Source of the DNA: a virus
Lineage: Duplodnaviria; Caudoviricetes
Virus record (IMG/VR): IMGVR_UViG_3300036717_000095
Location: 1 to 56,767 of that record
DNA length: 56,767 nucleotides
Reading direction: 5' to 3' (one strand)
Shown here: positions 45,726 to 53,744 of the stretch, piece by piece
Layout of the letters: each line of letters opens with the position of its first letter
How positions within the stretch are numbered: the stretch's first letter is position 1
Translations under genes and position numbers: made by a program
Notes under the pieces: model-generated
The model's input: the letters and a program-made list of their open reading frames with translations, nothing else
Databases searched by the model: none
What the model was told of the DNA's origin: nothing

Positions 45726-46040
45726 ATGCTATACGAGATTATGACCGAAGATACAGGACGGGAAAACATCACCCGCGCTCTGGATGCCAGTTTCCCAGGA
45801 TACACGCTCATTCCGACTATCGGGCGCTGGGAAGGAGTAACGGAGCCGTCCATCATGGCGCAGATTGAAACGGACAACGGTCAGGCTGTGAGGCAATGCG
45901 CTGAACAGATTAGGGAAGCGAACAAGCAACAGGCTGTATTAGTCGAAGCGATTCCCAGCTCAAGCGAATTGGTAACCGACCCAAACATGGGAACGGGTAG
46001 CATGGTTACAGGGAAGCACGGGAATGGTTTGATTCGCTGA
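45726..46040 (+). CDS. early protein, possibly SAM lyase-like (T3 0.3-type ferredoxin fold)
   Basis: GYT.....G.WEG..E.S....I......AEQI...NKQQAVLV pattern; first soluble gene of the early operon. Confidence 0.4.
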   Translation: MLYEIMTEDTGRENITRALDASFPGYTLIPTIGRWEGVTEPSIMAQIETDNGQAVRQCAEQIREANKQQAVLVEAIPSSSELVTDPNMGTGSMVTGKHGNGLIR

Positions 46041-46164
46041 ATAAATCCGGCATGCCCGCGCTAGTTCTGAATCCGAACGTCTGGCAATTCAATGCCAGCA
46101 CGGGCGAGTATTCGTAAACAGTTGTGAAAAATCGGGTGGCGACCTACGCCAAGAGGTAACGCTA

Positions 46165-46515
46165 ATGACACTCGCAAAAGTAGTACGTAAGGGAAGCTAT
46201 CAAGGTGTACCGCAATGGGGGATTAGTACCGGGGCGGAGATCACGCCAAGCAAGGCAACGGCGGAAAAATGGGCAAGAGCTGAAAATGCCGTGATCGGGC
46301 GAAGCAAGAAAGCCAAACCAACGACCGCAAAACTCAATCAGGTGAACGTAGTGCAAGGTGAACACAAATGCAAGTTGCACAATTACGAGCACTTCTACGT
46401 GCGCCACACTTGCGGACATGAGTTCTGCCCTCAGTCTTGGCTGTATTGCCCACGTTGCCACGGTAGTCACGAAGGTAACCGCATAGGTCCAATCGGACGT
46501 AGTGCCAGCGAGTAA
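46165..46515 (+). CDS. hypothetical protein with Cys/His Zn-binding C-terminus
   Basis: CKLH..EH, CGHEFC, CPRCH; SD GAGGT. Confidence 0.65.
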   Translation: MTLAKVVRKGSYQGVPQWGISTGAEITPSKATAEKWARAENAVIGRSKKAKPTTAKLNQVNVVQGEHKCKLHNYEHFYVRHTCGHEFCPQSWLYCPRCHGSHEGNRIGPIGRSASE

Positions 46516-46556
46516 GTGTATACAGTTCAACGGTACGAACAAGGAGAACACCACAA

Positions 46557-46784
46557 ATGGTTTACGTTCAATACTTCCACAAAGGGATAGTAACTGGTAA
46601 CGACATTCCAGCATGCGGAGACCGCGCGGTAGTCACATTGGACGGCCGCCAAACAATCACAACATGGCATCGCGATGCGGTCTCATTCAACGGCATGCGG
46701 AGACCGATGTATACCGCGTACCAGATTATGCGCGGTGAATCGTTCACACGTTCCACACCTATTAGTCCGATAGTCCGATTGTAA
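46557..46784 (+). CDS. hypothetical protein (75 aa)
   Basis: SD AAGGAG. Confidence 0.7.
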   Translation: MVYVQYFHKGIVTGNDIPACGDRAVVTLDGRQTITTWHRDAVSFNGMRRPMYTAYQIMRGESFTRSTPISPIVRL

Positions 46785-46851
46785 CCTCAGGTTTAGTACT
46801 GGCAGGCCCTTTTGGCTTGCCATTAGTAAATCTAGTTGGAGGGTAACGGTT

Positions 46852-47061
46852 ATGGCTGAAACGGTTGCAAACACTGATTTTGCAGTACAGGACGAAGGCT
46901 CAATCTACTTGCTGCATCCTCTAACTGAGGCGGCAGAAGAGTGGATTGCCGAACACATTCCGAGCGATGCTCAATACTTGGGCAAGGCGGTTGCTGTCGA
47001 GCATAGATACATCGGCGGTATTGTCGAGGGTATCAAAGCCGATGGTCTCACGGTCGGTTAA
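46852..47061 (+). CDS. hypothetical protein (69 aa)
   Basis: SD GGAGG. Confidence 0.7.
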   Translation: MAETVANTDFAVQDEGSIYLLHPLTEAAEEWIAEHIPSDAQYLGKAVAVEHRYIGGIVEGIKADGLTVG

Positions 47062-47116
47062 CCGGACGGCTTGCCATGAGTAACACTGGAGGGTTGAGTA
47101 AATGAATCTGTTGGCT

Positions 47117-47669
47117 TGACATGACATCTAACACAGGTGTCATGTCCGGCTAACCGGACGGAAATACGGAAATGAGGTAACAAAAATGAAAAGGAAAATA
47201 TCCACATTGGAACTATGGTACGACGATGAGACCGAGAACGTTTCGCGTCTCGAAGGAGAATCTCGCGACGGTAAGATGCCTGACCTATTCCGGTTGGTTT
47301 TGAATCCGGCTTACGATCACCTGCATGCAGAGGGTACCCGCAACAAAAAAGCCGTATTCGCTTCCATCTTGGCGCATGAGGTTGGACACTGGATTGCGAT
47401 GTTAATGGGCAGCAAGTGGCAGATTCCCTTTATGCGACAGTTATCGGCACTTCCGAGCGAAAAAGAAGCTTGGAGTCTGGCGCATTATGTCAACCCTAAC
47501 ATCAACCGCGAGGTTGAGATCGAATGCTTGAAGTCCTATGAGGACAAAAGTATTCCTGAATACGCGCAAAAAGCTATCGATGCGGTGTTCGAGGAAACGA
47601 AGATTGCTTGAATCCGGTTGCTGTGACATGACATCTAACTTATGTGTCATGTCCGGCTAACCGGACGGA
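47117..47669 (+). repeat. 46-bp near-identical direct repeats flanking one gene
   Basis: TGACATGACATCTAAC-N4-GTGTCATGTCCGGCTAACCGGACGGA at 47117-47162 and 47624-47669. Confidence 0.9.
47186..47611 (+). CDS. HExxH zinc-metallopeptidase-like protein
   Basis: ILAHEVGHW ... SEKEAW (third ligand Glu). Confidence 0.6.
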   Translation: MKRKISTLELWYDDETENVSRLEGESRDGKMPDLFRLVLNPAYDHLHAEGTRNKKAVFASILAHEVGHWIAMLMGSKWQIPFMRQLSALPSEKEAWSLAHYVNPNINREVEIECLKSYEDKSIPEYAQKAIDAVFEETKIA

Positions 47670-47681
47670 CTGGAGGACGTT

Positions 47682-47888
47682 ATGGAATACGGCGGCTTTG
47701 ATGTGTTTGTGAGAACGTGGTGGAAACTCAATCCTTCATGGCCGAATGGCCTTGAGCCTTGTCCCGGTCAACGGCGTTACATTGCCAAAGGCGTTACCGA
47801 AGAACGAGCAAGAGAGATCTGCAAGGCTTACAACACCACGCATGACTCAGGCAAGTTGAGCAAGAAAGCGGAGTACGAAAGTGCATAA
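47682..47888 (+). CDS. hypothetical protein (68 aa)
   Basis: SD GGAGG. Confidence 0.7.
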   Translation: MEYGGFDVFVRTWWKLNPSWPNGLEPCPGQRRYIAKGVTEERAREICKAYNTTHDSGKLSKKAEYESA

Positions 47889-47940
47889 ACCGGGCATGGT
47901 CCCGGTCTGCCGATATTGTCGGCACTGAAAGAGGACCATT

Positions 47941-48285
47941 ATGATGGACATCGGAACCATTCGGGAAATGAGCCGTAATGCGGCTATCGATGCGGCTGTG
48001 AGACACAGGAAACCCTTGATTGTCGAGGCCGAAGACATCGAAGCACTCAAGGCGGGCAAGCACTTGCCCATTCCTTTTCTTGGGGATTATGTCCCGAAGG
48101 GATGGAAGCGAACCGACCGCGAGGTCATGTTCGTTGACTCTAGCGGTTTTGGAGCAACGGGCGAACCGGCGATGACGCTGAATAGCTTTTTCGATTCGCT
48201 CATACCAGGCAAAGGCTATGCGACTGTCGAGCAAGGACAGTTTCAGGTCTATGTCGCTGAATACGAAAAAGTCAAAGCGGCCTAA
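47941..48285 (+). CDS. hypothetical protein (114 aa)
   Basis: SD GAGGA; FVDSSGFG...EPA and GQFQVYV motifs. Confidence 0.7.
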   Translation: MMDIGTIREMSRNAAIDAAVRHRKPLIVEAEDIEALKAGKHLPIPFLGDYVPKGWKRTDREVMFVDSSGFGATGEPAMTLNSFFDSLIPGKGYATVEQGQFQVYVAEYEKVKAA

Positions 48286-48359
48286 AGTTGGGACACTGGG
48301 GAGTGCTTGCACTCCCGAATGATTCAACTTTAAGAATCAAAGGAGACTGGAGGTACCTT

Positions 48360-49250
48360 ATGAACTATCAAAGCGCGAATGAAAAGCTTACCGGGCGATG
48401 TCATGATTCCCGAAAACTTTGCAACAACACCTATCTGCGGCGTGATTACTCGCACCGCAACGGGGAGAACGATCTTGCTGTCCGGTTGCATTCCACCGAT
48501 GTGGTGGTATTCCATCCAAATGGCAGTGTAACCCTCAATACGGGTGGATATAACACTGTTACCACGAAAGACACGATCAATTGCTATTCGCCCTGTCGTG
48601 TATGGTCAGAGCGAGGTCAGATGTTCGTGGGAGTGAATGGGAAAAGCTATCCGTTTGACCGAACGGTGACTGTCGATGCCAAAGGCAAGATCCGCGGCGC
48701 ACTAGATGCGGAAAAGATCAAAGCGCAATTTCGCGAATTTGACCGGGAAGCTGCCAGAGTTTCAAGGTGGCTGTCCAAGGCGCGGGGTCTCAAGGTGACC
48801 ACGCATTGCGGCAAAGGATGGGAATGCTATACACGTTCGGTGTTCGGACGACGCAGGCGCGACTTGCCCTTGCAGCCAGGAACGTATGAATGCGGCTGTG
48901 TTGTCGAGCGGCTCCCTGTTCGGACAAAGCTCACAGTGGAAAAGATCATGGCCGAACCGAATATCACCGTTCGCATGGCGATGGTCCATTGCTATGGCCT
49001 TGAGCGATTTTTGCTAGATGCCAAAGCGAAGACTCTTGATACTGTGGGTGAGTATCAATTGCTGGACATGCCTTTGGGCGAAGTCAGCGGTTGGAGGTCT
49101 CGAACCATCAGGGCGCTCAAGATGACGTGTCCGAGCACTGGAGCTGTCTACATTTCACCGGTAGAACCGCGTCTCGGAACGGTGTCCGAGGCGTTAGATT
49201 GGATGTACGACACAGAGGACTATCTGGCGAACATCGGTCAACAAACCTAG
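48360..49250 (+). CDS. protein with C-terminal DUF6745-like domain
   Basis: N.TVRM..V..YGLERF ... KMTCPSTG.VY..PV.P...TV.EAL.W; start moved to ATG 48360 (SD GGAGGT). Confidence 0.7.
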   Translation: MNYQSANEKLTGRCHDSRKLCNNTYLRRDYSHRNGENDLAVRLHSTDVVVFHPNGSVTLNTGGYNTVTTKDTINCYSPCRVWSERGQMFVGVNGKSYPFDRTVTVDAKGKIRGALDAEKIKAQFREFDREAARVSRWLSKARGLKVTTHCGKGWECYTRSVFGRRRRDLPLQPGTYECGCVVERLPVRTKLTVEKIMAEPNITVRMAMVHCYGLERFLLDAKAKTLDTVGEYQLLDMPLGEVSGWRSRTIRALKMTCPSTGAVYISPVEPRLGTVSEALDWMYDTEDYLANIGQQT

Positions 49251-49309
49251 ATGGGACATTAGCGGCATCGCAGTGCCGCTATTGATTCGACTAGAATCAA
49301 GGAGACCTT

Positions 49310-49636
49310 ATGAAAACAAAACCTGTAAGACAGGGGGACATTCTTTTTGTCCCTACTGAGGACACGATTAACCCAGTCAAGAAACTGGAGGACGGGGTGA
49401 TTGCCGAAGGCGAAGCGACCGGTCACCGGCACCGCATCTTCGAAGCGGACTTGCCATTCTGCGAACTAGTCGAGGTGGACTATCGCGGCAGTAAGATGCT
49501 CAAGGTCACGGATCACGGAATCTCGATTGTCCACGATGAGCACAAACCGGTCACGCTGGAACCGGGCACTTACCGAATCCACCAGGCGAGGGAGCACGAT
49601 TACCTCGCCGGACTGTCCCGGCCTGTATGGGACTAA
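49310..49636 (+). CDS. conserved RQGD/His-rich protein (usual partner of DUF6745 genes)
   Basis: RQGDILF, AEGEATGHRH, HDEH..VTL.PGTY....RE.D. Confidence 0.75.
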   Translation: MKTKPVRQGDILFVPTEDTINPVKKLEDGVIAEGEATGHRHRIFEADLPFCELVEVDYRGSKMLKVTDHGISIVHDEHKPVTLEPGTYRIHQAREHDYLAGLSRPVWD

Positions 49637-49715
49637 GTGCGACTTTAGCGGGTTAGGAATCATCTAACTCGCTATGGATGCGCTTTAACACAGAGTGCAG
49701 CTATTGGAGGGAAAG

Positions 49716-50075
49716 ATGGAAAAGAAATTAGATCCCGAAACGTTAAGAGGTTTCATCGGCACGGAGAACTGGTATAAGCATGGCTTAGTGCCGTCGATCA
49801 CCTATACCGATGGTGTGAAGTACGTGGCTGAAAATGGTGGGGCCTATTGGCTTTTGGATGAAATTGCCCTTGCCAATGGTTTTGACCCGAAAGTCAAAGC
49901 ACAATGGTTTCAGGTTTGGAAGTTGACCGCTTCAGATAGAAGCGGTGCTCTGACGTGCGAAGACGGTAACGGTAACCGTGTTCTTTACAAGCGGATAGAC
50001 TTCACTGACTTCCCATTGCCGGAAATTACTATCTGGTTCACGGATGGGGTAATGCTCCTACCTAGCGAGTATTAA
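49716..50075 (+). CDS. DUF6876-like protein
   Basis: F.GTE.WY.H, YTDGVKYVAE..GAYWL.D.I, FQVWKL, EDGNGN, I.FTDFPL, LLPSEY. Confidence 0.75.
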   Translation: MEKKLDPETLRGFIGTENWYKHGLVPSITYTDGVKYVAENGGAYWLLDEIALANGFDPKVKAQWFQVWKLTASDRSGALTCEDGNGNRVLYKRIDFTDFPLPEITIWFTDGVMLLPSEY

Positions 50076-50129
50076 GGTAGAGTATTGCCTTAGTAACAGA
50101 ACAGGAATTTAACCGATAGGAGGTTAAAA

Positions 50130-50675
50130 ATGACCCAAAATTATGCGGGACTAGATTACAGTTTCGGGAAGGCTAATTTCAATCCTGAGACCGGCATCCA
50201 CTTCGGTGTGATTTCACAGAATTCGATCATGCCGGAAGCGATGGAGGACGTGGAATACGATTACGGCAAACCGACCTGCGGCAAGTGCGGTGGCTCTGCG
50301 ATTGAGTCGGGCGAACTTCCGGCAGAGTTCGAGGATGCCGAATGGAACGAAGGCAAGGATTATGCTTGCGTTACTTGCAAGCGGTGTTTCTGGAGCGATA
50401 CCGCATTCCCGGATATGGCAATCGGTTGGAGCTACGGCAAGGACGGCTACAATCTGACCGACTGTCTCACCAATGATGTGTTTGTTCTGGATTCGCCGTT
50501 CTATACCCGAGCACAGTATTGCTCACCTTGCGTACCAGGGGCGGGCAATCTGGATAATCCCTGCGAGGACGGGCCTAAGACTTACTGTCTCGGGCACGAT
50601 TGGTTTGAAGGCGGCAAGGCACCTTACCAGGTATTCAAGGTTGCTGACGATACCGAGGTTGTCGAGCAGGTGTGA
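50130..50675 (+). CDS. Cys-rich hypothetical protein (181 aa)
   Basis: CGKC, CVTC, CSPCVPGAGNL; SD AGGAGG. Confidence 0.75.
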   Translation: MTQNYAGLDYSFGKANFNPETGIHFGVISQNSIMPEAMEDVEYDYGKPTCGKCGGSAIESGELPAEFEDAEWNEGKDYACVTCKRCFWSDTAFPDMAIGWSYGKDGYNLTDCLTNDVFVLDSPFYTRAQYCSPCVPGAGNLDNPCEDGPKTYCLGHDWFEGGKAPYQVFKVADDTEVVEQV

Positions 50676-50744
50676 CATTAGCGGGTGATACGTCACTCGC
50701 TATCGATGCAATCTACCGATTACTGGCATCAGAGGGAGCGGTTT

Positions 50745-51371
50745 ATGAAAAACAAGATTCAGATTCCCGAATGGGAAGGCACCAAGCACACAGTGATTGG
50801 CGACCGCATTGTTTTTGTGCGAGTGGAACAGGATTCGATGCGCGAAAACCCCTGTCATGACGACGGGATGGGTCAGATTCGTTCGCTGTCGCGCAAGCAC
50901 ATCGACAACATCGATTGCGAATATGCTGTCGAGTTGCTCAAGAATGACCCGGATGTTGTCGCGCTGTCCTATTTTGAGCACGGACAATCGCTGTGGATGG
51001 TGCAAGGTTCGCCAGCTCCAGCGGGTGTCGAGTTCCAATGGGACGGACGGGAGTTTGCAGGTGTGTGGATTCCAGACGATTGCGTCCGGGAGTCCTATAC
51101 AGGACAGGGTGGTTTGTCTCGCCGGGAGTGGATGGTGAAACAAGCCAAAAGCTGCTGCGATGTCTACACGAAGTGGGCAAACGGCGACTGCTGGGGGTAT
51201 GATATTCAGGTGTTCAAGATCCGCAAGGACGATGACGGCGAGGTCTACGATGTTTTGGATGATTATCGCCGAAACAAAGCTGTCGATGAAGACTCATGCT
51301 TCGGTTTCATCGGTCACGATCACTTGGTTGAAGAGCTGGAAGCAGCGGTAGCGAACATGACGAAAGAATAG
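50745..51371 (+). CDS. acidic hypothetical protein (208 aa)
   Basis: Y..WANGDCWGY...DSCFGF.G motif; start moved to ATG 50745. Confidence 0.7.
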   Translation: MKNKIQIPEWEGTKHTVIGDRIVFVRVEQDSMRENPCHDDGMGQIRSLSRKHIDNIDCEYAVELLKNDPDVVALSYFEHGQSLWMVQGSPAPAGVEFQWDGREFAGVWIPDDCVRESYTGQGGLSRREWMVKQAKSCCDVYTKWANGDCWGYDIQVFKIRKDDDGEVYDVLDDYRRNKAVDEDSCFGFIGHDHLVEELEAAVANMTKE

Positions 51372-51435
51372 CCAAACGAAGCACGAGTTCACGCCCAAGA
51401 AGCACTACCCCAACGTTTGTCAGCAGTGCGGTGGG

Positions 51436-51735
51436 ATGCGAATTACGCCAGAGCACGGGTACGACATGGCAGCGGAAGCCGAGGATAAAATGAAGGATAA
51501 AAAGATTGTCGAAGAGGTGTACTGCGGCACTCGCCTTTGCTTGACCGAGAAGCAAAAACAAGAACTAGAAGCATACCGGAAACTAGGGCGGTCTAAACGG
51601 GCGAAGGTGCGGAAAGCGGGAACCAAGCTGTTTGGTTTTCGGTCCCTAAATGAGGCGGAATGGCTTGCCTTGAAATATCCCGAGGTGCCGAAGATCGTCC
51701 GGGACGCAATGCTGGAGGAGGTAAAAAAGAGATGA
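51436..51735 (+). CDS. basic hypothetical protein
   Basis: ORF in operon orientation; start uncertain. Confidence 0.5.
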   Translation: MRITPEHGYDMAAEAEDKMKDKKIVEEVYCGTRLCLTEKQKQELEAYRKLGRSKRAKVRKAGTKLFGFRSLNEAEWLALKYPEVPKIVRDAMLEEVKKR

Positions 51736-51772
51736 TCGAACCAAAGACGAGGCGAAACGGGAGGGGTGAAAA

Positions 51773-52138
51773 ATGAACTACCTGAAAAAATCCTATACCG
51801 AGGCAGACCGGAACCGTTTGCTGCTCACGATCAGAACCCAGACTCGGGTTGCCAATGTGCCGGTCTGCGATTTTTGCGCCGACCCGGATATTAAGTTTAT
51901 CTATGCGTCCGATGTCACAAGCTCCGGCGTTACCGAGCGGTGCTGGCGCTGGACTGTCTGCGCCGAGTGCGATGCCTTGATTGAGGCGAAGGATTGGTAT
52001 TTGCTCAAGGCGCGAATCCGGGATTCCTTGAGCAAGATATTGAAAAAACTAGTATCCGACAAAATAGTCACTCAAGCCGTCGAACACTCGTTTGCGACTT
52101 TTACCCCAGTTGCGGAAAGGAGAAGACCCTTGTCGTAG
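51773..52138 (+). CDS. Zn-finger protein (CDFC...CAEC)
   Basis: PVCDFC, WTVCAEC..LIE..DW; SD GGAGG. Confidence 0.7.
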   Translation: MNYLKKSYTEADRNRLLLTIRTQTRVANVPVCDFCADPDIKFIYASDVTSSGVTERCWRWTVCAECDALIEAKDWYLLKARIRDSLSKILKKLVSDKIVTQAVEHSFATFTPVAERRRPLS

Positions 52139-52201
52139 CACTAAAAACCGCTATTGCGGGCGCTCCCAGAACTAGGGTAATATACCAAGCAAGGAGGTCT
52201 T

Positions 52202-52924
52202 ATGGAGACACAAGAGCCACAAAAAGAGTTGGAGATCTTGGAACAAACCACAAAAAAAGGAAAACAGGTCGAACCCGTCTCGACTGCCGACATTGCTAAA
52301 CGGGGAGGCTTTTACCATTGCACGGATAGATTGCCGAATGGGAAAAGATGTAAAGCGAAGTTCACGGAGCGTCGTTTCCTCGGTAGACATCGTACCACGC
52401 ATGGCGTCCTTGGTACGGGGTCTTCATCTGTGAAGAAGCGAGGAAAAAAACAGCGGGAACAAACACAGCGGGAACAAACACCACAATCAATAACTGTGTA
52501 CAGGACGAACGGAAGCTACCCATGTCCTGTGCCAGACTGCGTTTTCGATAGTGCAAGTTCCTTCGGTGTGAAGACTCACCTCAGAAGCAAACACCGAATC
52601 CTGCAAGTGATCCTCGGAAAAAAATCTGACCAAGAAGGAGAAAACAATGGCGGCATCGATAGCAGTCCAACCACGCGACTCGTCAAAGCCAAAAAAAACG
52701 GAAAAGGAAACCCGTGGTCTCCAGAAGCCCTTTCCGGTTTCTTATATGCCCACCTCGACACTCACCTTGAAAATGCAAGCCAAGGGGACCCGAGCACTAG
52801 AGCGCATATTTCCCACCGGCTCACTGAGTTTCTTTCCCATTCGGTATTACGGAGTGGATTACAGGACCGGGAAGGATCGGTTCGGAACGCCGAACATCTG
52901 TCCCCAATGTTTCGCGAGACCTGA
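52202..52924 (+). CDS. protein with two C2H2-type zinc fingers
   Basis: C.......C...F.....LGRHRTTH and CPVPDC.F......V..HLRSKH; SD AGGAGG. Confidence 0.7.
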   Translation: METQEPQKELEILEQTTKKGKQVEPVSTADIAKRGGFYHCTDRLPNGKRCKAKFTERRFLGRHRTTHGVLGTGSSSVKKRGKKQREQTQREQTPQSITVYRTNGSYPCPVPDCVFDSASSFGVKTHLRSKHRILQVILGKKSDQEGENNGGIDSSPTTRLVKAKKNGKGNPWSPEALSGFLYAHLDTHLENASQGDPSTRAHISHRLTEFLSHSVLRSGLQDREGSVRNAEHLSPMFRET

Positions 52925-53018
52925 CCAGGGAGTGCCGCAACATCTACGTGCAAAGTGGATCACCTTTCATTACGTGGTCCAGCATGGTGGCGGTCGGAGA
53001 GTTCGTTTAATTCAATAA
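52647..53018 (+). CDS. overlapping out-of-frame ORF (123 aa) with CPQC...H....H
   Basis: Good SD AAGGAG 6 nt before ATG 52647; overlaps the previous ORF by 278 nt. Confidence 0.4.
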   Translation: MAASIAVQPRDSSKPKKTEKETRGLQKPFPVSYMPTSTLTLKMQAKGTRALERIFPTGSLSFFPIRYYGVDYRTGKDRFGTPNICPQCFARPDQGVPQHLRAKWITFHYVVQHGGGRRVRLIQ

Positions 53019-53183
53019 AGACCGTTGTGCGGGGTGGACTTGTGCGGGGCTGAGATCGATAACCAGATCCTCGGTTGCTGGTGCAAACCACGGCCTTGCC
53101 ATGGGGACGTGTTGATTAGGCTCAGAAAGGAACAGCTCAAAAACGAAGGCCCTGCATTCGTAGTCTTCGGACGGTGCTAAAAA

Positions 53184-53744
53184 ATGATGCCCAAAACTCG
53201 TCGGTGGGTCGTTTCGGATAGTCACTTGGGGCACTCTTCCCCGACGTTTCAGGCGCACACCCGCCGACCGAAGAATGTGGACGAGATATTCACCAAGGCG
53301 TGCAAACGCCTGATCGGTCCCGATGATCTCGTGATCCATGTGGGAGACGTATGCTTCAACTTCTTCGACCTCAAGGCATGGTTTGCTGACATGCCGGGGC
53401 GCTGGGTACTGGTGCGCGGCAATCACGACAGTCGCAGCCTTAGTTGGTACATGAGCCACGGCTTTGCATTCGCTTGCGAAGCGCTAGAACTTGGCGGGGT
53501 GTATTTCACGCACAAACCATCGGAGACCTTACCGAAGGGCTGTCAGTGGAACGTGCATGGTCACCTGCACAACCGTGTGCCGACCGACTTCAAGAAATAT
53601 CCGCACTGCAAACTCTTCGCCTTGGAACACAGCAAGTATGAACCGATGCTGCTCGACAAGTTCCTGCGTAAAGGTTGCCCTGGTGGTATTACCGTGCCTA
53701 CCGAGGAAGACCTAACAGAGATGAGCGAGGTGGATCATCCGTGA
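53184..53744 (+). CDS. calcineurin-like metallophosphoesterase
   Basis: SDSHLGH, HVGDV, RGNHD, FTH.P, NVHGHLH. Confidence 0.9.
   Translation: MMPKTRRWVVSDSHLGHSSPTFQAHTRRPKNVDEIFTKACKRLIGPDDLVIHVGDVCFNFFDLKAWFADMPGRWVLVRGNHDSRSLSWYMSHGFAFACEALELGGVYFTHKPSETLPKGCQWNVHGHLHNRVPTDFKKYPHCKLFALEHSKYEPMLLDKFLRKGCPGGITVPTEEDLTEMSEVDHP

Larger units (their letters stand above)
45649..50738 (+). repeat. dispersed family of about 10 intergenic hairpin elements
   Basis: Elements at ~45649, 46038, 46782, 47104, 47609, 47886, 48283, 49247, 49633 and 50670; most share GACAT-like + inner stem + second hairpin + SD. Confidence 0.75.

Noticed and set aside
45649-50738. Early-region hairpins as canonical integron attC sites or intrinsic terminators
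   Set aside because: Most lack RYYYAAC/GTTRRRY ends, no integron integrase is in the window, and they lack U-tracts; kept as an unexplained family instead
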